Shown here piece by piece: positions 46,382-55,762 of a stretch of 64,000 bases of DNA (position 1 is the stretch's first letter; every line of letters starts with the position of its first letter). The position numbers were made by a program, and so were the translations under genes. The notes under the pieces were generated by a model that ran no database searches, was not told the DNA's origin, and was given only the letters and a program-made list of their open reading frames with translations. Origin of the DNA: Solirubrobacterales bacterium (lineage in GTDB: Bacteria; Actinomycetota; Thermoleophilia; Solirubrobacterales; 70-9); the NCBI GenBank assembly GCA_035997045.1, contig DASYIY010000071.1, forward strand, positions 6,358 through 70,357, in the 5' to 3' direction.

Positions 46382-47050
46382 TCAGCTCAACGTCAAGCGT
46401 TCGACGGTGCCATCGGCCCCCACCAGCACCGCGCTCACCATATCCGGCGGGAAGAGGCCATGGGCGGCGATGCCGGGATCGGCCTCGAGCCGGGCCGCGA
46501 GCTCGGCTGGGTCGCCGATCTCCCCGCCGTAGTCGGCAATGAGGCCGGCGTCGGGGCTGCGCGGAACGTCGCGCAACTCGACCTTCGCACCGAGGCGAGC
46601 AAGGGTCGAGGAAACACCGAAGGCAAATAGCTCGAGCGGCACCGGCGCGGTCAGGGCCTCGACCGGCTTGCTCGAGTCGGCGATGACGACGAAGCGCTCG
46701 GCCGCTGCGGCGACGATCTTCTCGCGCAGGTGGGCGCCGCCACCGCCCTTGATCAGCCAGCCGTCGGGCGTCACCTGGTCGGTGCCGTCGATCGCGATAT
46801 CGAGTCGCTCCAGCTGGCTGAACTCCTCAACCGGGACCCCCAGCTCACGCGCCTGCTGTTCGGTCGCGACCGAGGTCGCCACGCAGCGGATATCGCTCAG
46901 ACCGCGGGCGGCGATCGCCGGCAGCAGGAAGGCGACGGTCGATCCCGTCCCCAGTCCCACCGTCATCCCGTCCTCGACCAGCTCCGCGGCGGCTTCAGCC
47001 GCGATCCGCTTCTCGTCGTCCGCTCCGCTCACGGCCGCCACTCTACCCAC
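46382..47050 (-). CDS. rpiA: Ribose-5-phosphate isomerase A
   Basis: GLGTGSTVAF, DIAIDGTDQV, IKGGGGAHLREK. Confidence 0.88.
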   Translation of the reverse strand: MGRVAAVSGADDEKRIAAEAAAELVEDGMTVGLGTGSTVAFLLPAIAARGLSDIRCVATSVATEQQARELGVPVEEFSQLERLDIAIDGTDQVTPDGWLIKGGGGAHLREKIVAAAAERFVVIADSSKPVEALTAPVPLELFAFGVSSTLARLGAKVELRDVPRSPDAGLIADYGGEIGDPAELAARLEADPGIAAHGLFPPDMVSAVLVGADGTVERLTLS

Positions 47051-47053
47051 GAC

Positions 47054-47098
47054 GGTGCAACGTTTTCTCCGGCCATTCCACGGATAAGGCGTTACACC
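47054..47098 (+). repeat. Family-A nested palindromic repeat, copy A3
   Basis: GGTGCAACGTTTTCTCCGGCCATTCCACGGATAAGGCGTTACACC. Confidence 0.8.
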
Positions 47099-47125
47099 GG
47101 GGTCGAGTTCACTCCGCCCCCAAGC

Positions 47126-47170
47126 GGTGCAACGCCTAGTCCGTTCATTGCACGGAAAAAGCGTTACATC
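47126..47170 (+). repeat. Family-A nested palindromic repeat, copy A4
   Basis: GGTGCAACGCCTAGTCCGTTCATTGCACGGAAAAAGCGTTACATC. Confidence 0.8.
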
Positions 47171-47181
47171 ACAGTGGATCT

Positions 47182-47775
47182 ATGCTCGCCGCGATGGATT
47201 CGCGGATCTGGATTACAGGCGAAGGCGGGCAGCCACGCTCGGTGGCGCTCGCGGGGGAGCGGACCGTGGTCGGCCGCGACCCCGAGGCCGACCTCCACAT
47301 CGACGACGAGGCGGTCTCCTGGAACCACCTCGAGATCGAGCGCCGCGGCGAGGTGCTGATGGCAACCGACCTCGACAGCCGCAACGGCACTGCCCTCAAC
47401 GGCGAGCCACTCGACCGCCCCCGCCGCCTGCGCAACGGCGACACCCTGATCGTCGGCGGCCACCGGCTCGAAGTCTCGGTCGGGCCGGCGACGCCGGTCG
47501 GGGCCACCGTGCCCAGCAGCCAGCCGTCGGTGGCGCTCACGGGAGAGGAGCGGGCGACCGCCGCGGCCCTTGTCGCGCCCTATCGCAGCGAGGGCGCCTT
47601 CGCCGGGCGTCCCGCCACCCGCGCCGAGATCGCCGCCGCGCTGCAGGTCAGCGAGCGCACCGCGCAGCGGCGACTCGACGCCCTCGCGGCCAAGCTCGAC
47701 ATCTCCGGCGATGCCGGCCGCGAGCGCCCGCGCCTGATCGCCGCCCGCGTGATCGAGCTCGGCCTCGACCGCTGA
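47182..47775 (+). CDS. FHA-domain protein with C-terminal HTH-like segment
   Basis: RTVVGRDPEADLHIDDEAVSWNHLEIERRG...DLDSRNGTALNG (FHA). C-terminal TRAEIAAALQVSERTAQRRLDAL. Confidence 0.75.
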   Translation: MLAAMDSRIWITGEGGQPRSVALAGERTVVGRDPEADLHIDDEAVSWNHLEIERRGEVLMATDLDSRNGTALNGEPLDRPRRLRNGDTLIVGGHRLEVSVGPATPVGATVPSSQPSVALTGEERATAAALVAPYRSEGAFAGRPATRAEIAAALQVSERTAQRRLDALAAKLDISGDAGRERPRLIAARVIELGLDR

Positions 47776-47780
47776 CCCGG

Positions 47781-47802
47781 ACCGGGCCAAAGCCGGCCCG
47801 GT
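47781..47802 (+). terminator. Hairpin downstream of the FHA gene
   Basis: ACCGGGCC-aaagcc-GGCCCGGT. No U-tract. Confidence 0.3.
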
Positions 47803-47888
47803 AGGGGACGCGGGCGTCGTTTGCGGGCACGCCCCGCCGCCCGAGCATTGGTTGACCGAGTTCAACCACCCGAGAAAAGGGGATTCCA

Positions 47889-48944
47889 ATGCTCAACCGT
47901 TCGATCTTCGCCGCACTGCTCGCACTGCTCTCGCTCGCCATCCCGGCCTTCGCCTCGGCGGCGCCGGCGCACGACGGTGCGGTCGTCTACTCGCGGGTCA
48001 GCAACGAAGGCGCCGTCGCCAAAGGCGGTCTCTTTGCCGCCAAAGACGGTCACCTCAATCAGCTGACCGAAAACCCCGCCGACAGCCAGCCTGCCTTCTC
48101 CCCGGACGGCAGGACGATCGCCTTCGCCCGCGGCGGCGACGTCTACTCGGTGCGAGCCGACGGCTCCGGCGAGCGGGTCCTGAGCAGCGGTCCGGCGATC
48201 GACGGACGACCGGTCTTCTCGCCCAACGGCAGGATCGTCGTCTTCGAGCGCCGCGCCTCGGAAGCGGCGCCGCGCGACCTCTACACGGTAGGCGCCGGGG
48301 GCGGCACGCCGCACCAGCTGACCTCCGGTCCCGCCGACGACCACGAAGCGGCGATCTCCGACGATGGCTGCACGATCGCCTTCGTCCGCAGCGTCGCCCT
48401 GACCGGCGGCGGCACGGCCGATGACGTCTACTCGATTCGCCCGGCCGGAATCCGGCTGCGTCGCCTCACCCACACGCCCGGGCTGGACGAGTTCGCGCCG
48501 CACTTCTTCGGCGACGAGAACGTCGTCTTCAGCCGCGGTCAGAGCGGCGAAGGGCCGGACGCCTACGCCGACGTCTACACGATGCGCGAGAACGGCACCC
48601 ACGTCACCCCGCTCGTCCATGGCGCCGGCTCGGCCTTCGTCGAAGACGTCGCCGCTGGCCGCACGCTGCTCTTCCGTCGCGACCAGGGCCTCTGGGTGAA
48701 GCGGATCGGACCCGGCCGCGCCCACAAGCTGAGCGAACTGCCCGACGGCTCGAAGACCAATGCGGTCTTCTCTGCCGACGGTCGCAGCGTTGCCGCCTTC
48801 ATCGCCTCCGAAGAATCGGAGTCGCTCTCGGCGATCGACGTCGCCAGCCGCCGCCGCACCGATCTCGCCGAAGGCTTCGATTTCTCCGGTGAAGGTGCGG
48901 GGACGACGATCGGCCCCGTGATCGCCTGGCAGCCGCTGCGCTAA
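47889..48944 (+). CDS. Secreted TolB-like (PD40/WD40-like) beta-propeller protein
   Basis: Signal peptide, then repeated PAFSPDGRTIAF / PVFSPNGRIVVF / AAISDDGCTIAF / FSADGRSVAAF blades. Confidence 0.75.
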   Translation: MLNRSIFAALLALLSLAIPAFASAAPAHDGAVVYSRVSNEGAVAKGGLFAAKDGHLNQLTENPADSQPAFSPDGRTIAFARGGDVYSVRADGSGERVLSSGPAIDGRPVFSPNGRIVVFERRASEAAPRDLYTVGAGGGTPHQLTSGPADDHEAAISDDGCTIAFVRSVALTGGGTADDVYSIRPAGIRLRRLTHTPGLDEFAPHFFGDENVVFSRGQSGEGPDAYADVYTMRENGTHVTPLVHGAGSAFVEDVAAGRTLLFRRDQGLWVKRIGPGRAHKLSELPDGSKTNAVFSADGRSVAAFIASEESESLSAIDVASRRRTDLAEGFDFSGEGAGTTIGPVIAWQPLR

Positions 48945-48972
48945 AAGCGCTGCAGCTTTCTCGCGGCTTCGA

Positions 48973-49000
48973 AAGGGACCCTCCGCTCGGAGGGTCCCTT
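48973..49000 (+). terminator. GC-rich hairpin after the TolB-like gene
   Basis: AAGGGACCCTCC-gctc-GGAGGGTCCCTT. Confidence 0.5.
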
Positions 49001-49020
49001 CGTCGCTGTATAACCGCCGC

Positions 49021-50820
49021 GTGGGAGAACCTGCGATCGGCTCGACGCTCGGCGGCTACCGGATCGAGTCCCTGATCGCCCGCGGTGGCATGGGCGTCGT
49101 CTACCGGGCGACGCAGCTCGCTCTGGAGCGTCCTGTCGCGCTCAAGGTAATCGCCGCCGAGCTGGCCGGCAAGGAGGGCTTCCGCGAGCGTTTCCTGCGC
49201 GAGTCGCGCCTCGCCGCCGGCCTCGACCACCCCAGCGTCGTGCCGGTCTATGACGCCCGCGAAGAGGACGGCGAGCTGATCGTCGCGATGCGCCTGGTCG
49301 AGGGCGGCGACCTGCGCAAGCTGATCGACCGCGAGGGGCCGCTGCCGCCGTCCCGCGCCGTGGCGCTGCTGAGCCAAATTGCCGATGCCCTCGACGCCGC
49401 CCACGCCGCCGGCATCGTCCATCGCGACGTCAAGCCCCACAACATCCTGGTCGAGGGAGAGCGTGCCTACCTCTCGGACTTCGGCCTCGCCAAGGCCTTC
49501 GAGGGGGCCGGCGCCGGCAGCGGCGCCTCGATCGTCGGCACGGTCGAGTACATGGCGCCCGAGCAGTGGCGGGGGGAAAGCGCGGGCCCGGCCGCCGACA
49601 TCTACTCGCTCGGCTGCGTCCTCTACGAGTCGCTGACCGGGATCGTGCCCTACGCCCGCAAGGCTGCCGACACCGAGCCGGAAATCCCGGATGGGGTCGG
49701 TGCCGTGATCGAGCGGGCGGTCTCAAAGGATCCCGGGGACCGCTACCCCACGGCCGGCGAGCTGATCGCCGCCGCCGAAGAACGGGAGGACGCGAGCCTT
49801 GCTGCGACCGCCGTGCTCTCCGAGGGTGACGGCCGGCCGACGGTCCCGATCGGGCGCTCAGCCGGCTCGCGGTCGCGATTCGGGTCACGCAGGGCGCAGT
49901 GGCTGGGGGCGGCGGTTGCGGTTTGCGTCGGAGCCCTCGTCCTGGCTCTGACGTTGCTGGGTGGCGATGGCGTATCGGTCTCGGACCCGATCCCGATCGG
50001 CAGGGGCCCGCTGCGAGTCGCCGCGGGGGATGGTGAAGTCTGGGCGACCAGCGTCCCCGACGGCACGCTCTCGAAGATCGACCCCAAGACCCTGGATGTC
50101 GCCGGCGCACCGCTGCGGGTCGGCGCCGGCATCGCCGGCCTGGCCGTGGGCGAGGGCGCGGTCTGGGTCTCGAGTCCGCGCGATGGCCGGGTCCTGCGCG
50201 TCGATCCCGGCAGCGGCCGGGTGCTGGCAAGGATCGAGGTCGGCGGCAGCCCCGGCGCGATCGCTGTTGGCGATGGCAGGGTCTGGGTGGCCGACGAGGC
50301 CGGAGCCGGCGTCACCGCCATCGACGCGCTCAACGGCGAGGTCTACAGGCGCGGCATCGTGCCGCACGCGGCGCCGCTGCGGCTCGCGGTCGGCGCCGGC
50401 GGGCTCTGGGTCAGCAGCGCCTCGACCAGCGCCGTCCGCCGCATCGACCTCGGCAGCGCTGCCGCCGGCGTGCCGATCCTCGCCGGCCGCGGTCCGGCCG
50501 GCGTAACCGTGGCCGGCGGTCTGGTCTGGGTCGCCAACAGCCGCTCCGGCACTGTCACGCGGGTCGACCCGTCCCTGCACTCGACCCTCGGCGACCCGAT
50601 CCCGGTCGGCGGCTCCCCCGGTGGAATCGACGCCGGCCCCGAAACCGTCTGGGTAGCCAACTCGGCCGACGACACAGTTACCCGCATCGACCTCTCCGAT
50701 GCCGAACCAACCGGCAACCCAATCGACGTCGGTCCCGACCCCGGCGCAGTCGCCGTAGGCGCCGACGCCGTCTGGGTAGCAAATAACGGCAACGGCACTC
50801 TGACCCGAATCGAACCCTAG
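49021..50820 (+). CDS. Ser/Thr protein kinase with TM segment and extracellular YVTN/NHL-like beta-propeller
   Basis: GGMGVVYRA, VALKV, HRDVKPHNIL, DFGLAK, GTVEYMAPEQ, then about 7 repeats of the VWV..(x)..G.V.RID type. GTG start. Confidence 0.88.
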   Translation: MGEPAIGSTLGGYRIESLIARGGMGVVYRATQLALERPVALKVIAAELAGKEGFRERFLRESRLAAGLDHPSVVPVYDAREEDGELIVAMRLVEGGDLRKLIDREGPLPPSRAVALLSQIADALDAAHAAGIVHRDVKPHNILVEGERAYLSDFGLAKAFEGAGAGSGASIVGTVEYMAPEQWRGESAGPAADIYSLGCVLYESLTGIVPYARKAADTEPEIPDGVGAVIERAVSKDPGDRYPTAGELIAAAEEREDASLAATAVLSEGDGRPTVPIGRSAGSRSRFGSRRAQWLGAAVAVCVGALVLALTLLGGDGVSVSDPIPIGRGPLRVAAGDGEVWATSVPDGTLSKIDPKTLDVAGAPLRVGAGIAGLAVGEGAVWVSSPRDGRVLRVDPGSGRVLARIEVGGSPGAIAVGDGRVWVADEAGAGVTAIDALNGEVYRRGIVPHAAPLRLAVGAGGLWVSSASTSAVRRIDLGSAAAGVPILAGRGPAGVTVAGGLVWVANSRSGTVTRVDPSLHSTLGDPIPVGGSPGGIDAGPETVWVANSADDTVTRIDLSDAEPTGNPIDVGPDPGAVAVGADAVWVANNGNGTLTRIEP

Positions 50821-50934
50821 AGGCCGATCCCGGTAGGGGTGAAACGTCTTGTACTTTTTCGGCAATTCCTTGAGGCGCCAGCCAGCGACTCTCCACCGAA
50901 AAAGTTAAGTGGAACCCCTACCGGGATCGGCCTC
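50820..50934. repeat. Family-B hairpin-embedded MITE-like element, copy B2
   Basis: Perfect 21-bp outer stem (GAGGCCGATCCCGGTAGGGGT ... ACCCCTACCGGGATCGGCCTC) around a 62-nt core shared with B1. Confidence 0.8.
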
Positions 50935-50951
50935 CCAATAGGATCGAGTCA

Positions 50952-53006
50952 GTGAGCCGGGACCTCGACCAGATCTGCATCGACACGATCCGGACGCTCT
51001 CGATCGACGCGATCCAGAAGGCCAACTCGGGCCATCCGGGGACGCCGATGGCTCTAGCCCCCGTCGCCTACACGCTCTGGCAGCGCTTCCTGCGCTTCGA
51101 TCCGGCCGATCCGATCTGGCCCGGCCGCGATCGCTTCGTGCTCTCCGCCGGCCACGCCTCGATGTTGCTCTACTCGCTGCTTCACCTGGCGGGTGTCAGG
51201 GCGGTCGATCCGGACTACGAGATCGTCGGCGACCCCGCCGTCTCGCTTAAAGACATCGAGAGCTTCCGCCAGCTCGACTCGCGTGCCCCAGGGCACCCCG
51301 AGTACCGCTGGACCTCGGGCGTGGAGACGACCACCGGCCCGCTCGGCCAGGGCGTCGCCACCTCGGTCGGGATGGCGATCGCCTCCAAGTGGCAGGGCGC
51401 GCGCTATGGCGCCGAGCTCTTCGACTTCGACGTCTACGCGATCGCCGGCGATGGCTGCCTGATGGAGGGCGTCTCCAACGAAGCGGCTTCGATCGCCGGT
51501 CACCTCAAGCTCGACAACCTCTGTTGGGTCTACGACAACAACCAGATCACGATCGACGGCAAAACCCACCTTGCCTACGACGACGACGTCGCCGCTCGCT
51601 TCATGGGCTACGGCTGGAACGTCACCCGGGTCGGCGATGCCAACGACACCGACCTGATCGCCACTGCCTTCGAGGAGTTCAAGGGCGAGGAGGGCCGTCC
51701 GACGCTGCTCATCGTCGACAGCCACATCGGCTACGGCTCACCGCACAAGGTCGACACCTCCGCCGCCCACGGCGAACCGCTCGGCGAGGAGGAGGTGCGC
51801 GAGACCAAGCGCGCCTACGGCTGGCCCGAGGACGCCCAGTTCCTCGTCCCCGACGGGGTCCGCGAGCACTTCGCAGAGGGGGTCGGCAAGCGCGGCGCCG
51901 AGCTGCGCGCCGAGTGGGAAGGAAAGCTGGAGGAGTACGCGGGCAACAACGCCGACCTTGCCGCCGAGATTGAGGCCCAGCAGAAGCGTGAGCTGCCGGT
52001 GGGCTGGGACGCCGGCATTCCGTCCTTCGATCCCGATGAGAAGGGGATCGCCACCCGCAAGGCCTCGCAGCAGGTCGAGAACGCGATCGGCGAGCGCCTG
52101 CCCTGGCTGCTCGCCGGCTCCGCCGACCTCACCGACTCGACCTCGGTCCGGCTCAAGTTCGACGGCGCGGTCGACTTCGAGCCCGGCGCCTACGACGGCC
52201 GCCAGCTCCACTTCGGCATCCGCGAGCACGAGTCGGCGGCGATCTCCAACGGGCTCTCGCTCTCCAAGCTGCGGCCACTCTGGTCGACCTACCTCACCTT
52301 CTCCGACTACGCCCGGCCGGCGATCCGGCTCTCGGCGCTGATGGAGCTGCCGGTGATCCACGTCTTCACCCACGACTCGATCGGACTCGGCGAGGACGGC
52401 CCGACCCACCAGCCGGTAGAGCAGCTCGCCTCTCTGCGGGCGATCCCCGGCCTCGACGTGATCAGGCCGGCCGACGCCAACGAGGTCGCCGAGGCCTGGC
52501 GCGCGGCGATCGACCGCAAGCATCAGCCCGTCGCCCTCATCCTCACCCGCCAAAACGTGCCGGTCTTCGACCGTTCCAAATACGGGTCCGCCGAGGGACT
52601 TCGCCGCGGCGCCTACGTGCTTGCCGACGCCGAGGGCGGCGATCCCGAGCTGATCCTGATCGCCACTGGCAGCGAGGTCGCGCTGGCGCTTGCGGCATAT
52701 GAGGAGCTGAAGGGTGAGAGCGTTCGCGCGCGTGTTGTGAGCATGCCCTGCTGCGAGCTCTTCGATCGCCAGGATCAGGCCTATCGCGACGAGGTGCTGC
52801 CGCCAGGGGTGCGGGCGAGGGTCTCGATCGAGGAGGCGTCGACCCTGGGCTGGGATCGCTATGTCGGCCCGGAGGGCGCCAAGGTCGGCATGCACACCTT
52901 TGGCAGCTCGGCGCCGCTCAAGGATTTGCAGACCAAGTTCGGCTTCACCCCGGACAAGGTCGCCGAGGCGGCACGCGCGCTGCTCGACAGTGCAAAAGTG
53001 AACTGA
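50952..53006 (+). CDS. tkt: Transketolase
   Basis: [36 protein letters not shown] start. Confidence 0.92.
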   Translation: MSRDLDQICIDTIRTLSIDAIQKANSGHPGTPMALAPVAYTLWQRFLRFDPADPIWPGRDRFVLSAGHASMLLYSLLHLAGVRAVDPDYEIVGDPAVSLKDIESFRQLDSRAPGHPEYRWTSGVETTTGPLGQGVATSVGMAIASKWQGARYGAELFDFDVYAIAGDGCLMEGVSNEAASIAGHLKLDNLCWVYDNNQITIDGKTHLAYDDDVAARFMGYGWNVTRVGDANDTDLIATAFEEFKGEEGRPTLLIVDSHIGYGSPHKVDTSAAHGEPLGEEEVRETKRAYGWPEDAQFLVPDGVREHFAEGVGKRGAELRAEWEGKLEEYAGNNADLAAEIEAQQKRELPVGWDAGIPSFDPDEKGIATRKASQQVENAIGERLPWLLAGSADLTDSTSVRLKFDGAVDFEPGAYDGRQLHFGIREHESAAISNGLSLSKLRPLWSTYLTFSDYARPAIRLSALMELPVIHVFTHDSIGLGEDGPTHQPVEQLASLRAIPGLDVIRPADANEVAEAWRAAIDRKHQPVALILTRQNVPVFDRSKYGSAEGLRRGAYVLADAEGGDPELILIATGSEVALALAAYEELKGESVRARVVSMPCCELFDRQDQAYRDEVLPPGVRARVSIEEASTLGWDRYVGPEGAKVGMHTFGSSAPLKDLQTKFGFTPDKVAEAARALLDSAKVN

Positions 53007-53038
53007 CCAGACCGAGAAGAACCTACGAAGGGAGAGCC

Positions 53039-54115
53039 GTGAAGGCCACCGCGAAACTGCACGAGCTGGGCCAGAGCCTTTGGCTCGACAACATCACCCG
53101 CACGATGCTCGACGACGGCACGCTTGCCGGCTACATCGAGGAGCTCTCGGTCACCGGGCTGACCTCGAACCCGACGATCTTCGACAAGGCGATCTCCGGC
53201 GGCGATACCTACGACGAGCAGATCGCCGAGCTGGTCCCGCGTGGCCTCTCGACCGAGGAGATCTTCTTCGAGCTGGCGATCGCCGATCTGCGCCGCGCCA
53301 CCGACCTCTTCGCCGGCGTTCACGAGCGCACCGACCACGTCGACGGCTGGTGCTCGCTGGAGGTTTCCCCGAAGCTCGCCGACGACACGGGGGCGACGAT
53401 CGAGCAGGCGGCGAGGCTGCACGCCGAGGCCGAGCGCGACAACCTCTACATCAAGATCCCTGGCACCAAAGCCGGCCTCGGGGCGATCGAGGAGTCGATC
53501 TTCGCCGGCATTCCGGTCAACGTCACCCTGCTTTTCGACCGCGAGCAGTACCTTGTCGCCGCCGACGCGTACATGAAGGGGATCGAGCGTCGGATCGAGG
53601 CCGGGCTCGACCCCAACGTTGCCTCGGTCGCCTCGCTCTTCATCAGCCGCTGGGACGTCGCCGTCTCCGACGAAGCGCCGGACGAGCTGCGCAACCGGCT
53701 CGGCGTGGCGGTCGGCGGCCGCGCCTTCAAGGCCTACCACGAGCTGCTCGATTCCGAGCGCTGGCAGCGACTGCTCAACGAGGGCGCCCGCGCCCAGCGC
53801 CTGCTCTGGGCCAGCACCGGGACCAAGGACCCCGATGCCTCCGACGTCCTCTACATCGAGGCTTTTGCCTCGCCCTTCACGGTCAACACGATGCCCGAGC
53901 CGACCCTGCTCGCCTTCGCCGACCACGGCGAGGTGGGCGAGCCGCTGCCGCCCGACGGCGGCGACGCCGAGGAGGTCCTGGCCAAGTTCGGCGAAGCGGG
54001 GATCGACGTCGATGCGCTGGCAACGCGCCTCCAGGACGAGGGGGCGGAGGCCTTCGTCAAGTCCTGGAACGAGCTGCTGAAATCGATCGAGTCCCAGGTC
54101 GGGGCGCGCGCGTGA
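53039..54115 (+). CDS. tal: Transaldolase (actinobacterial long type)
   Basis: [35 protein letters not shown]. Confidence 0.9.
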   Translation: MKATAKLHELGQSLWLDNITRTMLDDGTLAGYIEELSVTGLTSNPTIFDKAISGGDTYDEQIAELVPRGLSTEEIFFELAIADLRRATDLFAGVHERTDHVDGWCSLEVSPKLADDTGATIEQAARLHAEAERDNLYIKIPGTKAGLGAIEESIFAGIPVNVTLLFDREQYLVAADAYMKGIERRIEAGLDPNVASVASLFISRWDVAVSDEAPDELRNRLGVAVGGRAFKAYHELLDSERWQRLLNEGARAQRLLWASTGTKDPDASDVLYIEAFASPFTVNTMPEPTLLAFADHGEVGEPLPPDGGDAEEVLAKFGEAGIDVDALATRLQDEGAEAFVKSWNELLKSIESQVGARA

Positions 54116-55752
54116 GCGACGGGCCGGCGTTGCGCCGCCAGCCCGCCTGGCAGTCGCTGCAGAAGCATTACGAGGAGATCAAAGGCACGCACCTGCGCGA
54201 TCTCTTTGACGCCGACCCCCAGCGCGGCGAGCGCCTGATCGCCGACGGGGCCGGCCTCCACCTCGACTTCTCCAAGAACCGGATCACCGACGAGACGCTG
54301 ATGCTGCTCGGCGCGCTGGCCAAGGAGTGCGGGGTCGAGGAGCGTCGCGAAGCGATGTTCGCCGGCGAGCACATCAACGTCTCCGAGGACCGCGCCGTGC
54401 TGCACGTGGCGCTGCGAATGCCGCGCGAGCGCTCGCTGATCGTCGACGGCGTCGACGTGGTCAAGGAGGTGCACGAGACGCTCGACCGCATGGCCGCCTT
54501 CGCCGAGCGCGTCCGCTCGGGCGAGTGGAAGGGTCACACCGGCAAGCCGATCCGCAACGTGGTCAACGTCGGCATCGGCGGCTCCGACCTCGGCCCGGTG
54601 ATGGCCTACGAGGCGCTGCGCCACTACTCGCGCCGCGAGATGATCTTCCGCTTCGTCTCCAACGTCGACGGCACCGATTTCGCCGAGTCGACCCGCGACC
54701 TCGATCCAGAGGAGACGCTCTTCGTCATCTCCTCGAAGACCTTCACCACGCTGGAGACGATGACCAACGCCCGCAGCGCCCGCGAGTGGTCGCTGGCGGG
54801 GCTCGGCGGCGACGAGGCGGCGGTCGCCAAGCACTTCGTCGCCGTCTCGACCAACGCCGACGAGGTCGCCAAGTTCGGTATCGACACCGAGAACATGTTC
54901 GGCTTCTGGGAGTGGGTGGGTGGCCGCTACTCGATGGACGCGGCGATCGGCCTCTCGACCATGCTGGCGATCGGCCCGGCCCGCTTCGAGGAGATGCTGG
55001 CCGGCTTCCACGCAATGGATGAGCACTTCCGCGAGGCGCCGCTGGCAGAGAACCTGCCGGCCCTGATGGGCCTGCTCTCGGTTTGGTACAGCGATTTCTT
55101 CGGTGCCCAGACCTGCGGCGTCTTCCCCTACGACCAGTACCTGCACCGCTTCCCCGCCTACCTGCAGCAGCTGACGATGGAGTCCAACGGCAAGCACGTC
55201 ACATTGGATGGAGCCCACGTCGACTACGACACCGGGGCGATCTTCTGGGGCGAGCCGGGGACCAATGGCCAGCACTCCTTCTACCAGCTGATCCACCAGG
55301 GCACGCGCCTGATTCCCTGCGACTTCATTGGCTTCTTCCACTCCAACAACCCGCTCGGCAACCACCACGATCTGCTGATGTCGAACGTGTTCGCCCAGAG
55401 CGAGGCGCTCGCCTTCGGCAAGACGCCCGAGCAGGTGCGGGCCGAGGGCACCCCGGAGGAGGTCGTGCCGCACCGCGTGATGGAGGGCAACCGCCCCTCC
55501 AACACGATCCTCACCGAGCGCCTCGATCCGCATACGCTGGGCACCCTGGTCGCGCTCTACGAGCACAGCGTCTTCACCCAGGGCGCGATTTGGGGGATCG
55601 ATTCCTTCGATCAATGGGGAGTCGAGCTGGGCAAGGCCCTTGCGGTCGCGATCATCCCCGAGTTGCAGGCCGGCGAGGAGCCGAAGCTCCGCCACGACAG
55701 CTCGACCAACGCGCTGATCCGTCGCTACCGCAGCGCCCGCCGCGGGGAGTAG
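54112..55752 (+). CDS. pgi: Glucose-6-phosphate isomerase
   Basis: [58 protein letters not shown] start in a GTGA overlap with tal. The 53080 ORF start is an out-of-frame artefact over tal. Confidence 0.92.
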   Translation: MSDGPALRRQPAWQSLQKHYEEIKGTHLRDLFDADPQRGERLIADGAGLHLDFSKNRITDETLMLLGALAKECGVEERREAMFAGEHINVSEDRAVLHVALRMPRERSLIVDGVDVVKEVHETLDRMAAFAERVRSGEWKGHTGKPIRNVVNVGIGGSDLGPVMAYEALRHYSRREMIFRFVSNVDGTDFAESTRDLDPEETLFVISSKTFTTLETMTNARSAREWSLAGLGGDEAAVAKHFVAVSTNADEVAKFGIDTENMFGFWEWVGGRYSMDAAIGLSTMLAIGPARFEEMLAGFHAMDEHFREAPLAENLPALMGLLSVWYSDFFGAQTCGVFPYDQYLHRFPAYLQQLTMESNGKHVTLDGAHVDYDTGAIFWGEPGTNGQHSFYQLIHQGTRLIPCDFIGFFHSNNPLGNHHDLLMSNVFAQSEALAFGKTPEQVRAEGTPEEVVPHRVMEGNRPSNTILTERLDPHTLGTLVALYEHSVFTQGAIWGIDSFDQWGVELGKALAVAIIPELQAGEEPKLRHDSSTNALIRRYRSARRGE

Positions 55753-55762
55753 GCTCGCCGAC

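Noticed and set aside
53080-54111. N-terminal 344 codons of the 890-aa ORF 53080..55752
   Set aside because: This part is an out-of-frame reading through tal (Arg/Pro/Gly-rich). Genuine pgi homology begins at GTG 54112, which overlaps the tal stop in GTGA.
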